Of a stretch of DNA of 64,000 nt, positions 28,783-45,230 are shown piece after piece. Location of the stretch: positions 11,780,001-11,844,000 of the forward strand of contig OZ059899.1 in the NCBI GenBank assembly GCA_964057225.1. Direction: 5' to 3'. Numbering within the stretch: the stretch's first letter is position 1; every line of letters starts with the position of its first letter. Source of the DNA: Auanema rhodensis (lineage: Eukaryota; Animalia; Nematoda). Below the pieces are notes generated by a model. The model was not told the origin of the DNA. It ran no database searches and saw only the letters and a list, made by a program, of their open reading frames with translations. A program made the position numbers and the translations under genes.

Positions 28783-31700
28783 CGTATTTGTAGTCTTTTA
28801 TGGTGTTTGGCTCTTGTTTATTAGTTTTTTTCTGAAAAAAAATGAAATAAAAACATATACAATCATTAGAAATTGATTGATATAATTGGAGAACATAAAG
28901 ATAGTTATTAAAGAAAAAAAAGAAAAGTTTTAAGTCAGTATGAGCTTGAAAAGCCTTAGCATGACGAATATTTGGAGATAAGACAATGCGACAAAACTTT
29001 GAAATTTGAATGAAGAGGAAGGCTTGGATGTATCTAAGCTTGATAAACTCTACATGGTTGAGCTGATATCGCAATGAGAAGAATATGCAGAGAAAGATTA
29101 AAACTAATATCAATGGTATTCATAGGAGGAAGAAGCTTGAATGGCAAAAAAAGAAAAAAATTAAAAGACAGAGAAAACTAAAAAGAATATAAAAAATGAA
29201 ATAACCATATGTAATAGAGGAATAGTTAAGATAAAAAGATAAAAAGAGAGGTAAAGATGAAAGAGCTCTCGACGTTTCTTTGAATGAAAGGCGGAGACAA
29301 AACCATCATTGGTTAGCTCCGCCCATTTGATTCGGAGAAAGAGAGCAGAGGAAGCGTAGAATAGAGACAGAGGAGGTATGAGTTAGAATGCGAAATGAAC
29401 ATAAGATCAGGAGATAGATATAAAGGAAGACAGAGAGATAGAAAGAGAGAGAGAAAACGAGGTAGAAAAAGAGAGAGAAAGGGATTAGCAAATAAGTGAC
29501 TAATTAAGATTGTCATCACTCTTTTTAAGTCAGAAAAGAGAAATTATTCCTCAAACTACAGTATCATGTTCACGATTTCAACTTCCGATGACAACGAAAT
29601 AAGGTTTGGTAGACCAACTTGGGTTGACGACGTGTTATGCGATGACATCATGAGCGTCGGAATTCATGCAGGTGACGGAATCTTCAAAACGCAAAATGTC
29701 AGAATTCAAGAAATAGAGGAAGAAGAATGTGTCAGAGATATGTACTATTCGCTTTGCCAATAAATTACTTGGAGATGATAGTCGAAAAGTTCTACAATGA
29801 CTCAGATCATCGAGAAATTCCCGCAACAGGACAAGTTCTAGATGAGCTTGAACTGATGTTCTAGCTGCTTCAATAATATCTCCAGTCTGTCTTTGTCTCT
29901 CATCTCCAACCGTTGTTTCAAGATGATGTTTACTACATTCAGTTCATATCTTCAACTTTTGAAGGTTGAATCATATATTCTTAGTTTGGTTAATATCAAA
30001 TGAAAAGGATGTCTCAAATGACGACAGAATCATTTTATGTTTTACGTTACGCTAGAAACTTTTTAAGAAAATATAAATTAACTTTTACACAAACAAATTA
30101 CAAAAAAAATGTCAAAATCTGGTGTATCGTGTAAGGAAGTATTTCATCTTCGAAGCTTTCCATACTTTTATGCAATGAACCTTTCTTCTCTCTTGCATCC
30201 AATGTACATTAAATCTCTCAGAACTAACCCCATCCCCGCCGATCTCTCTCATTCTCACGCATTCCCTCTTTCTCTTTCCTCTTTTTCTCTTTTTCTCTCT
30301 TAATCTACATTAACTTCCATAGTGAATCTGTACAATTACGAACATTAACTCATGAGAAAAGGGCAGAAAAAGCCAAATAAGACAAAAATGATGGAAAAAA
30401 CCCGTTTCGGATAGGCGAGGTCATCACTTGTCAGTTATATTGCCATATAGGAAGAAGCCTAACGAAAAGCAACATTGTTTTCCATCACCTATACTTGGTT
30501 GAATGCTCCCTAACCTTTTCCGATAAGAAACAGATACACACACATATACACGTTCAACACTAGTAGTACAAAATGAAAGAAGATGGAACTTTAAGGAAAA
30601 AAAAGAGAGAAACCAGAATGAGAAGCAGGCAAGCATAACAGTATTGAAAGAAAAAAAAGAAGAAGAATAAAAAGAAAATAGAAAGAATAATTTCTTTTAA
30701 TTAAGAAAAAATTAATAAATTTCTGTGAAAAACAATGTAAAGTTAAGAGTATAGTGACGATGATGATGATGGTGATGGTGGTGATGATGAAGATGATGGG
30801 TACACACATTCACATAACGGAAGCTGTTTCTTCGTCTGCCAATCTAATATTACAGACTATTCTCAACCTTATTTATCAAAAAAATAAAGACCAAAAATAA
30901 AAAAAATAAAAATGAAAACAAAAAAGAATGAAAAGGTGAAAAAAGCAATTTGACTGCGAAAAATGAGAAAAGAATGTCGTCTAAAGAGCAAAGAGTAGAG
31001 GAGATTTTAAAAATTGTTTTTCTTTCTTATCTCATTATCATGCTCTCAGCTCATTCATTCATTCAGTAATTTTTGAAAAATACAGATTGGATTATAAGAA
31101 CATGTGATGAGAAATAAAGAATTTCGAGATGCGTAGGTGTTTTTTGTATAAAAATTATTATGATTATTCAATAATTCTCATTTATATAAATTTTGATGAA
31201 CTCAAATTATTTATATTATTAATTTATTAATAAATAAATAGTTTAACATTAGATTTAATTCTAAAAAAAGCTATATGAAAGATAATAAATATAATGAAGA
31301 TGTCTATTAACTATATGTATACATATAAGTTAAGCTGGTTAAGGTTCAGGGATATGATTTCATGTCCACCAGGTGGTCTCTGATCAAAAAGAAAGCGAAA
31401 TTATAGTCGAAACACCATTGGAACTGCTTTTGGAAATCTAACAGCACTCACTACTATCTCTCTCTTTCTCTCTCTTAGTTATATAATCAAAAAGTTGTTG
31501 TTTTGATAGTTTCTGTCTTTGATTTTCAGTATTTCTAGGGGAAAAGAGAGAGAGAAAGAGAGAGAGAAAAGGAGAAAGATAGAGGGAGAGAGAGAAAAAG
31601 AGAGGGAGAGAGGGAGGGAGAGAAAGAGATTGACAGAAAGAGAGGGTGGAGTGGGAGGGGGCGACGGGGTTTGAATACGAGAACATGGTACATGAGCTGA

Positions 31701-34700
31701 TGGAAATAAATGATATGAGGTGGATAAACGAAAAAAATGTTAAAATGAAAAGAATATTAAAAGGAATTACGATGAAGGATGAAGTGAAAGATATTTTAGT
31801 ATTGGTTTTAAGGTGCTATCGGAAAAAAGATAAAAGTGATAAGCGGATGATGATGACATTATTGCAGCTCATGATTTTGAATCATGATGTTGCAAGAGAA
31901 CTCTATGAATAGAAAAGAAGAGTTGTTGGAACATTATGAAGTTGATGCTGATCATAACAGTCTTCATCAACATTCACTCTAGTAGACAGGCTGCTAATGA
32001 CATGCTTGTCTGACCATATGTATATGAGTAGTTGCAACATAGTAGTTCAATGAAACAACGGCAACACGAGCAAGAAGGAGACGAAGCATCAGCATCAGCA
32101 GCAGCAGCATTAGCATCAACATCATCATTGTTTAAAAAAAGAATTTGTTCTGTTTTTGTGAATAAAGAAGTGATTGTATACATATAGTAAGCATGCGGAG
32201 GTGGGAGGATGAAATTATAGTTTTCAGATAGTTAAGAGAAAAAAGAGAAAAAGATCTCGACGTACTGCAATGACTTCTCTCAGGGTCATGCTATATGCAG
32301 GTACTGAGTATGTCGTCTTCTACATCGTCTTCATTCGCAAATAGGTCAGCCTATTCCAATTAATGTTCTGTTTCTAAATTTTAGTTAAAAGCCAGAAGAT
32401 AGATGAAGGAAGAGGACAACAGAATCCAATGTTCGCGAATAATACTACTACGCTTTGAACATACAATATCTATATGTATGAACTAGACATTCTGCTCCTC
32501 GAAAACGTTTAAAAGAGATCAAGCTGACGCCGAAAATGTATTTTGATGAGGATTTTTGGGAGGATTTGAGAGAAAAGACATTTACGAATTTCTTTTTTTT
32601 GTCTCTCTTTCAATTCACAATTGTTTTAATTCGAATGTTGTCTTTCATCCGTCACCATTCGAGGTTCTGGTTATGTGTTCTCAATTAAGCTCAAACCATA
32701 AATCTTTTTTTTGTTTGGATAAGACGATAAGAAGAGAAATGATGTAGTATGAGAACACATGTGATGCATAGAATTTGAAGGAAGGAAAGGAGGCGTAGGG
32801 GGTGAGGAGGTGGAAACTAGGAAGGAAGCGGACAAAAGTTATTGAAACATACATATATACATACACATATATGAATATGTGTGGGTGAGATAAATTGGAA
32901 ATTAAGATGTATGAAGCATTGAGGATGATTCCACATGTTGGAAGTCTTTGTGTTAAGCCGCTTAATGATCTTCTGTTTTTCATTATGTATACTTAGTAGG
33001 GAGGGAGCAAAGAGGGGATCAAGATTTCAGATAGAAGATCAGTTTCGTTTTTGTTTAGAGCATATATAAGATTTGGAATAGGATTTTATGTACGTAAAAA
33101 GCGGTTAGTCTTCTTGTTAAAGCCATCAATTTATCGTCAAGGCTATATAATCTGAAAAGAGGGGGGGAGAGATGACTGAAAGAGTGAACAATAAAGAGAG
33201 AATGAGAGAAAAAGAGACAAAACAAAATATCTGAGGTATAATAAGAATGAAAAAATAGCGATTAGCAAAAAACAAAAGCGTATACTGGTAATCGGTTGAG
33301 CTGACTTGAGCTGTTTTGAGTCAGCTCGGATTTGAACTAATTTTTTGCCTAAATTTGCGTATCTCATTAACGAAGAGCATGAATGTAGTTGGAGATGAAA
33401 TATACATCTTGCACCGAGCTTCAGAAAAGAACAACACCAAGTCGAAGGGAGTGGGAAGCCGGAAAGCTGTAGCGGAAGGCGACGATGATGAAGCTGACAC
33501 CGATAGTCGCTGAATGTCCTGCAACGATGAGAAGCGAGTCTGTCAAAGAACATCAGTCATGATGTCAGCCAAATTAGCTTCAAGTGGTAGAAACACTCGT
33601 CGTCAGCTTGTTTGTCGACTGTAATAACTGTATTTCAAAACGAACAGTTTCACTTTTTTTTGAACATCCTATCTACATCTGATCTTGTTCTTCTTTTCCA
33701 TCTTTCTCGTGTTAATCCCTCCCTGGCCTCTCAACTTTGAAAGGCATGATGATAAGGTTGTCGTCGGAAGGTGTGACGACGACAAGAGATTGTATGACGT
33801 TAATGACAAGCTGTCGCCAAAAAGTACGTCTAGAAAAACGGTCGGTGGTTGAGCGCTTTTAGAGAAAACTCGTTAATGAAATCGTTCGTCAACATATAGA
33901 TCAATCCTAGAAGCTACAACATATGGGCGAAGTAGGAATAAAAGAATTCAAAATCTTCAGAATCCTAAAAGCATGGAGCGATAACTCGTGAAAATCAATG
34001 AAGAAGTGGAACTTTGAGTATTACACGTGATTATTAAACAATCCTGAGTCATATCTTCTTATGATTTCGCAAAAAAGATAAATGATTGTAAAGTTCTTCG
34101 TTGAAGTTTCCAAATGAATTTTCGCCTTCAACATTCCTTAAATACGCGATGATTAAGCGAACAATAAAAGGAAATAACAATAAAATAATATGATTATAAT
34201 ATAGAAATGATGAAAATATATAGAGAAAGGAAGAGTAGTAACCAGCTTCAAAACACTTTATCTCATACTATTAATGGAATGCTGCCAAAAAAGTCATGTT
34301 ATTCATCTTAAGTGGAATAAAAATAAAAAAGAAAAATAGATGCATACGTAATCGTTTTTTTGATATTTCAAAAGGTTATCAACAGATATGACGCTTATAA
34401 AGGATAGCCTGAAGATCGGGAGATTTAAAAGAGATAGGATTCTGGATATCTACGTAACAGCTTACCAGCAACACATCAAAAGTCAGAATATAATTTGTTA
34501 ATTTAGTTCAAATAAAATATAAAATATATTCTTTAAGATTCATAGGTTGTTGACAGATTGGTAAAGCTATATACACCCACTCGTAACTTCAGCATAATGT
34601 CAAGCTCATTAGCATACCAATCTATAATTAGAAGACGACGACAACGACGATGGCAACTTCACAAAACGTCTCCCAACAATCTTGAGTCTTTCTATGAATT

Positions 34701-36743
34701 TTGGGATATATTCATTTCATCCAATGAAACGACGAGACAAATAAAGGGGGGAGGAAAACAGGGACAAACTTTTAAAATTGAAGGTCGATGCATGAAAAAG
34801 CTACGAAGAATGTAAGAAATGAGACGAAGACGATACGATGATGATGATGATGTTTGGAAGAGGTGAAAATCAAAGACAGGCTAATGGAGGCTACAAGTTT
34901 AAGCAATCAAAGAGTAAACTAAATTTTCTAAGTTTTGTTACATGTGATCAATTCTCAATTCTCCAGCTTCTGAGATAGAGGAGACCGGATTTTCCAATTC
35001 CCATTAAGAATTTTATGTCAACGTTGTTTTAAACTAATAATAGTTACATCCAAATAAATCAGAGATATCATAGCCAGAATTTTATAATAAGTTTCTGATC
35101 TTAAGTCATAGATGTATTAGATTTCCGGCTTTCTCATACCTTGTGTCACCAAAACATTTTGTTTCCCATAACCAGAAATTAATGAGAACACAGATCACAA
35201 ACGAAATGTTCTAATTTATAATTTCAAAGTAATAATTATGATAATTGCAATAAGTTAATTGATGATCAAAGAAACTTTGTGTTATAGTGCCGTATTTATG
35301 ATAATTAAATAATATATATATATATTAGAATTAAATATTAATAACTATGAACATTTCCCTTACAAACTTCTCTGCCCTGCCACATTTTTGAATGAACATT
35401 TAAAATAAAAATCAGTAAAAACATTTGACTATATCGAATTGATTGTAGAACAAACACAAATGATAATCATTTTCATTTTGTCAACAGTGAGACAGACATA
35501 TTGATATGGTCGTCATAATTCTGAATCAAAATCAATTCAATTATTCCTACTCACCTCCCTATCTGCACAAAAAAAACCAGCCCAATAGCTAGTCAACACT
35601 TGTAATCTTGAGTTAAGACTATTCTCCCCAAACTATTCTCATAGCATGTGAGAAAAAGAAAGAAAAAAAAAGAAAATTCATATTTACAAAACGTTTTCAA
35701 AGGCATTTTGGAAGCTGTACAAACCTAATTTTTTCAGTATCATAAAAAGAAAAGATAAATGTTATCATTATCTTCATTACATCATACTTATGGAAATAAA
35801 ATAATCAATTGCAATCAAATGAACTAAAGTTTAAACTAAAATCTTTATAAGTTCAAATTCTTTATTAAGTTCACATGTGCTCTAAACAACATGAAATATT
35901 ATTATTATTATTATTATTATTGTAAATATCTTCTTTTCATACAAAGTGATAATCCTGATTTGGCTACAAATTTCTTTAATAAATTATAATTTCAAACAAA
36001 AATAATGTTTGTATTTGAAAAGTAAATTAACATATTGGCCTAACTCCTCTACGTGTACTTTAGAAAGTTCACGTACTACAATACAACGTCAATATCAAAT
36101 GAGTATACCAATTCATTTTCTCTTGCTAAGCGATAATTTGCCTTTTGTCTATCCAACAATTCCGTTTTGTATAGCCCTTGTAGAAAAATAAAATAAAACC
36201 ATTGAAAGCTTATTTTACAAAATAAGAAAGTGACATACAATCGTTTAAAAATGTACTTTGTACACAGCAGCGAGAGGTTTGTTCAAACAAGTCATACCGA
36301 AGATTTATTTCTCGTACTTTTGTATTTTGTACCCAAAAATTATAGAATAAAATGTTGTGCATATGTTTGGTATATGAGGAATTCTTTCAATATATAATAT
36401 ATGTATATATATATATTATTATTTTTTTTGCAAAACTGTGGTTTGCATTTCTTACTCGCATAAACTATATAAAAAGTAGACTTTTACGACTGAAACCTGA
36501 ATCATGAAGAAATGACTAATAGTTAAGCAGCTTTATATTTATTGAAGAAGATAATAAATATTTTTACAAAAACGTTTTGGAAAGAAGTGGCTTACAAAGT
36601 TTATAAAGTATATATATATATATATATATGCTGTATAGGTGAATATGCTTTTCGGATATAGGATTATGCGATCAGAATGTTTTCGGAGCTGATCTATAAA
36701 GTTGAACGAAATATCTTTGGGATAAACTTTATCTTTTACCTGT

Positions 36744-36926
36744 TTACTTTCCGCAAGGTCCTGGGCAATTTGGTTGTCCACAGCATCCTCCAGCAGATCC
36801 TCCGAGACAAGCCAAGGTTGGAGCAGTATTAAGAACCAAGATACAAACGAAGAGAAGGAACTGAAATTCCACATATAGTCTTTGGAGAACGAAATGAATT
36901 ATTACCAGACGAAGGTAGGCAAGCAT
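36744..36926 (-). CDS. Small secreted Cys-rich peptide precursor (signal peptide + CLGGSAGGCCGQPNCPGPC-GK)
   Basis: Exon 1 is 36926-36906, then a 45-nt GT...TTTCAG intron (36905-36861), then exon 2 at 36860-36744. The product MLAYLRLFLLFVCILVLNTAPTLACLGGSAGGCCGQPNCPGPCGK has a hydrophobic signal ending T-L-A and GGA/CCA codon usage like the collagen gene in this window. TATA-like box upstream. Confidence 0.75.
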   Translation of the reverse strand: MLAYLRLVIIHFVLQRLYVEFQFLLFVCILVLNTAPTLACLGGSAGGCCGQPNCPGPCGK

Positions 36927-36971
36927 GGTGAGAAGTCAGTCGAGTGATGGCTAACTCTGGGATTCGCTCTC

Positions 36972-36977
36972 CTTATA
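36972..36977 (-). promoter_or_regulatory. TATA-like box of the small peptide gene
   Basis: GGATATAAGG on the minus strand, about 46 nt upstream of the ATG at 36926. Confidence 0.5.
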
Positions 36978-37547
36978 TCCTCAGCTAACCGGACACGAGC
37001 GGTTACCTACCGGTAAGCAATATCCTAGATCGTTCCACATCAGTAGGCTTAAGGAGGCTGTAAGAAGCTATTGTGGAAACTTGCCTCCAACTGTGAACGT
37101 TGCAATCTTATTACCTCGTGCTACTCAAACAGGTTTCATAAACTATTCTCAAATTATTCGCACCACAGTAAGACATCTTCTGAATATCGCATGATTAAAC
37201 AATGTGGATTGGGCTAAAACTCGTAGATTGGACAGAATAATATATTCAACTAACAGCAGGTCATTGAATCTCAAACTCAAAAAAAGTCTCATTTCTGGTC
37301 GTTGAATATCTTAGCCAGATGTCTCATTCCTCGGCTTTGAATGTCCTCACTTAATGTCTCATTTCTGGACATTGCTGACCCATTAAAATGTTATAGTTCA
37401 ATGTGTTGTAATATTCAAATTCATGGAAAAATTACTTTTATAAAAAAAGTGAACAATTAAAAAACGTCAACTTCATAAAAACAACTTATTTCATCATTTA
37501 TCATCTCAGAGATAACAAAAACAGAGAACAACTGAGGATCAAACAGA

Positions 37548-38245
<698 letters not shown>

Positions 38246-38613
38246 GTTGAGAACCCTATCAAATTGCAATTTACAAAAAAATTCAATATTCAAGACATAG
38301 ATAATCACTGCGGAATCAACCGCACATTGACAAAATTAAAAATGTTTAAAAAAGATTGACGATTCACTATTATACAATTATTAAAAAAATTGGATAAGTC
38401 TCTAATCAGCCCAGCAATGAGACCTCTGAACAAGCTGTACAACAAAATGTGCTAGTTAATGTATACATACTGGTAAGTATCAAAGCATAAAAATAAAACT
38501 AGTCACAACCAAATTTGAAAGCAAGTCCAAGAATAAATTCTAGGGATAGCATACAAGTTTACAAGTACTTACACTAAATCATGAATAAATAGATATCACA
38601 GTAAGAAATCACA

Positions 38614-41409
<2,796 letters not shown>

Positions 41410-41916
41410 CAACCTACAACCTGAAATTACATAGATTAAGACTTTCACATGTATGTGAATTATAAGGATTTATAAAAACGATAAATTAATTCTGGCATGA
41501 ACAAAATGTGCTAACTGTTTCGACGTATATGATACAAAAATAATATAAAAAAATAAACAAAAATTAAAAGCAAGGGAAAAAATATTTCTCGAAATTAAAC
41601 AAAGAAGAAATCTATAGTGATCTATGAATTATCGTAATTTTCGTCATCAACCATTCCACACAAACACTAACATGAACATCTAACTGAGAATGCGCCAAAA
41701 TTTTCACATCGGGGCGCGCTTCAGACAGAAAGTGGTATTATTGCATACATGCAAAACTGGAGTAATATTCATATCCGGATTTTATTGTTATGATTTCTGA
41801 TCGATTTACAAAAATAACTTTGTCCTTGCTAGATCTGATAGTTCATGAGAAAGAATAAACAGAAGTTAAGTTAAAATTTATACAAAATATTTATAAGCAT
41901 AGGGGAAAAAATCACA

Positions 41917-42658
41917 TCATTCATGTTTTCTTTTATTTGAGTTCAGTTTGTCGCCTTGAACCCATGCCACAATTTCTTTACGCCATATTAAAATATCTTC
42001 AAAGAGCTCCTTCTCCAAACAGTCAAACTTATCAAGCTTATTGTGTCCTTGTAATCCTTTCGAAACAACATCTTCAAGAAAATAAATTCAGGAAAGGAAG
42101 AGAGAAGAAACTTTCATACCGCCTATTCTTTGAACAAGAGTTTGGAGCAAACATTCCGATAACGCCCGACCGTCTTCCTTATCCAATAAATCGGCAAGAT
42201 GCATACCAACATAATAAAAATACTAAATCAAAGATTACAAATAAGAAAGAAAAACGAAGTTGCCTGTTGTAAGCGTTCCAAGTTAGCTGAACGAGCATTT
42301 GATAAGAGAACAGTTTGAACGGCAGAATTATAAGCTTTTGGCAAGTTGATCTAAAAAAATTTAACAAAGATGCCAATTTTGTATGACCTCACTTGACAAT
42401 GCTCTTTAATCGTTCTTAGCATCCAAAGAGGAACTTCAGCTTTATATCCTTTGGCGTCAATCTCAACATTTTCTTTCAAACCAATCAAAGGGAAAAATTC
42501 TAGATGTTATTTTATAAATTACACGATAAATTAGATGACTTATACATACCTTTATCGATGGTGCTTAAAATAGTACAAGGAATATTAGTATGTTGAGCTA
42601 AAATATCATCCAAATCGTAATATTTGGATTGAACAATAAAATCATCGTTAGAACTCAT
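41917..42658 (-). CDS. psf-3: GINS complex subunit Psf3
   Basis: N-terminal YYDLDDILA, then KAEVPLWML, INLPKAY, YFYYVGMHL, LLQTLVQRI and LDKFDCLEKELF, the Psf3 pattern; five exons. Confidence 0.85.
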
Positions 42659-42739
42659 GTTTTCATTTAAGAAAAGCTATTCAGATAATATTCTAATTGA
42701 AAAATTATTAATGGTACGGTCGCTATAAAAGATTTCATC

Positions 42740-42748
42740 TCCCGCCAA
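42740..42748 (-). promoter_or_regulatory. Candidate E2F/DP site upstream of psf-3
   Basis: TTGGCGGGA on the minus strand, about 80 nt upstream of the ATG of a DNA-replication gene. Motif match only. Confidence 0.45.
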
Positions 42749-43434
42749 CTGTACGATGAGGAACAATTTGATTGTTACCGTATGCAATTAGGAACCCCCG
42801 TTAGAAGAGCGGCACGGTCAACCGATTGAATTCTTAAATTTTATGATTTCTAACAAATAGTCTCAAGGTATTTCTGTATAAAAGTCTGTAAAAAATAATG
42901 CTGAACATTAATATTCATACAAAAGGTTTACAAACCAATATTAAATTCTTAATATTGTGCAAATTATCCTTTTGATAAATGTCTACTTTTATATTTCTGT
43001 TTATTTTTTTTTGCTTGTCATATTAATTGGTAGAGTGATTAAATGAAAATATCATAGTTAAACGATTGAATTCGTATTTTGAGTGATTACAACAAAATTT
43101 TCTAGAAAAATTTATATGCGGAAATCGTAGTAATATAATTTTTGTATAATGTTTTAATAACACAAATTTTCTTCTTTTGTATTCCACATGGCAATTGTCT
43201 AAAAGTTTTAGAGGGGGCATATTTAGTCATCTGGTTAGGTTCCTTATTTTGCGATTATTGTGTAGTTAATTCAAGTTTTCAATAGATTTGTTGGTTTAAC
43301 ATTTTATAAAAATATTGATAAGATATATATTTATTGATTCTGCTCTTATTATCAACATACTCTTCATAAGTAACGTAGATCATTTGATAATGAAAAGGAG
43401 TTTTTCAAAAAAAAAAGAAGGATTATTGTCATAA

Positions 43435-43602
43435 TTTGTAATTTGTGGAATTTAGAAAACTTATTTTGAATGCAACCGCTCACTGTATTCCTTCAAATAG
43501 AAATGACTCTTAGTTTACACCGCCAACTAAGAGATGTGACTCTCATCCTGATTGAGCTCAGAAAAGCAGTTGATATTGATTTCTTCTCAGAGAAAACTCT
43601 TT
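43435..43602 (+). repeat. 168-bp direct repeat, copy 1
   Basis: Matches 52064-52231 with about 3 substitutions and no indels. Contains a 9-bp hairpin, CTCTTAGTT...AACTAAGAG. Confidence 0.95.
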
Positions 43603-44048
43603 CATCTTTAACAGATTAAGGATTCTTTCATAAAGTACAACCATATATCTCGACATTTTTATTCTAGTTAGCTATAAAGGCTTTTCATTTGTCATTGTGA
43701 AAAGTATTAGTAAGATTTAGAAATGTCACTTCATATACATACATATACCTAGATTATTTCGTCGTATACACAAATATAATATGGCAGATAATATAAAGTT
43801 GATAATATTCATTAAATTTTATGAATAAGGAGGTTCAAAACAAATATGTTGAAGGGAAATCGTTGGTTTATTTTGTAACTTACAGAATACGTTCTGTAAT
43901 TAAATAGCTTCACATCTTGAATGTCTCTAATTTAATTTAAAACACTCCTAAAAATATTTTTAGTAGACGAGTCTCTGATTACAATTTTAACATAGCTGAA
44001 CTGCATTCACTCATTCAAATATTACTAATTTTAAGAATAAAAAAAAAC

Positions 44049-44382
44049 TAGGAATTCCGAATTGAAGTGATAAACCAGTTTGACGGAATGCCCAAATCTC
44101 GGAATAGACGATGAGAACCAAGCAAAAGCAAAAAAGAAAATCTTGTAGAAGAAAGCTTAAATATAGAAAAGGTATACCATTTTCAGTAAATAAATACAAT
44201 TATTTAACTAACCATATTAGATGAACGATTAAAAAATATTTATAAGGTGACATTTGATTTGGTGAAAAACGAATTATTATATATAATGTTAATAAAAATA
44301 AAATAAAATTAATATAAAATATAAAATGTTGAAGACTTAGATATATATCTAGATTATTCATAGGTGATAAGGGTACACACAT
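44049..44382 (-). pseudogene. 3'-truncated inverted duplicate of the Srh/Str-type chemoreceptor
   Basis: ORF 44200-44382 is identical to 49879-50061. Homology stops in exon 2 at LQFGIP, where the intact copy continues IEYTTAL. Confidence 0.88.
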
Positions 44383-44866
44383 TTGGACAACGAATCTCTT
44401 AAATAATTAAATAATTATATTTCTTTTCCTCTTTTCTATAAAAAAAATATTGAGAACATCAATACATATAATATTATAATCTTTTTAATCTTAAATTTTA
44501 TAAAATAATGTAAAAATGATTTTGATTTTCGTGTAGCTTCGTTGTTAAATTTTATTTTTTTTTAGTTGATATGTACCTCCCATTTTGATGAAAAAATGAA
44601 TTTTGGTCGAATACACATTAGTCCCTCCTTTGGTTTCTATTCAACCTGAGATTCACGCTTGATCAACCTGAATCTCGAGACTTGATCGAGACTCTTTTTC
44701 TGAAGAAGCAGGCATTGTATGTAACTGCAATAGGGCCATCCTAATTTGAATCAGAATTCTTCAAGTGTTGAGGCTTTTGCAATTCTTCAAGAGGATCTTG
44801 ATTTTCAAATAACAACTATTTAACTTTTAAGGGCTGCATACATAATTTCCAACATACAAATATTCT
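44049..44866 (-). repeat. 818-bp inverted repeat, left arm
   Basis: Reverse complement of 49395-50212. The end coordinates sum identically, so there is no net indel; one substitution seen (FLYLSF vs FLSLSF in the ORF track). Confidence 0.96.
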
Positions 44867-44927
44867 TTGAAATTCCCAGAGAGTTATGAAAGAGCATGAA
44901 AAACAAATTTCAACGATAATAATATGT

Positions 44928-45150
44928 ATTTTGCCGTTCTAGCGCACCTTTTCGACCACACATCAATTTCCTCATTTTAAAGCCATTTTAAGGCTATTTT
45001 CATTGATTTTCTGTCTTAATACTTCAAAAATGTGTCATTTTAAACAATTTTCAAAAATGGTAAAAAGGTCGAAATGAGCTACCTTGAAAATGTGGTCAAA
45101 ATGGATGGTCGAAATGGTCGAGACAAGTGCACTAGAACGGTGAAAAAATA
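44928..45150. mobile_element. Short non-coding element with ~30-bp imperfect terminal inverted repeats (MITE-like)
   Basis: Left end TTTTGCCGTTCTAGCGCACCTTTTCGACCA; the right end reverse-complements to TTTTCACCGTTCTAGTGCACTTGTCTCGACCA. Internal TGGTC(G/A)A subterminal repeats. Confidence 0.55.
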
Positions 45151-45161
45151 ATGCTCAATAA

Positions 45162-45221
45162 ATGATCTTTTCAGAAAACCTTAAACCTCTAACAAATAGT
45201 GATCTTGAAGAACCAAAGTAG
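45162..45221 (+). pseudogene. N-terminal fragment resembling Polinton adenain-type cysteine protease
   Basis: CTCAATAA-ATG followed by MIFSENLKPLTNSDLEE, resembling the PL(S/T)NxDL start of Polinton proteases; truncated. Confidence 0.45.
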
Positions 45222-45230
45222 TGTTTTATC

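Noticed and set aside
29500-29950. Moderately complex stretch with 63-65 aa ORFs on both strands (similarly 33143-33630)
   Set aside because: No recognisable domain or consistent splice sites; the GPCR already has a plausible first exon at 28782.
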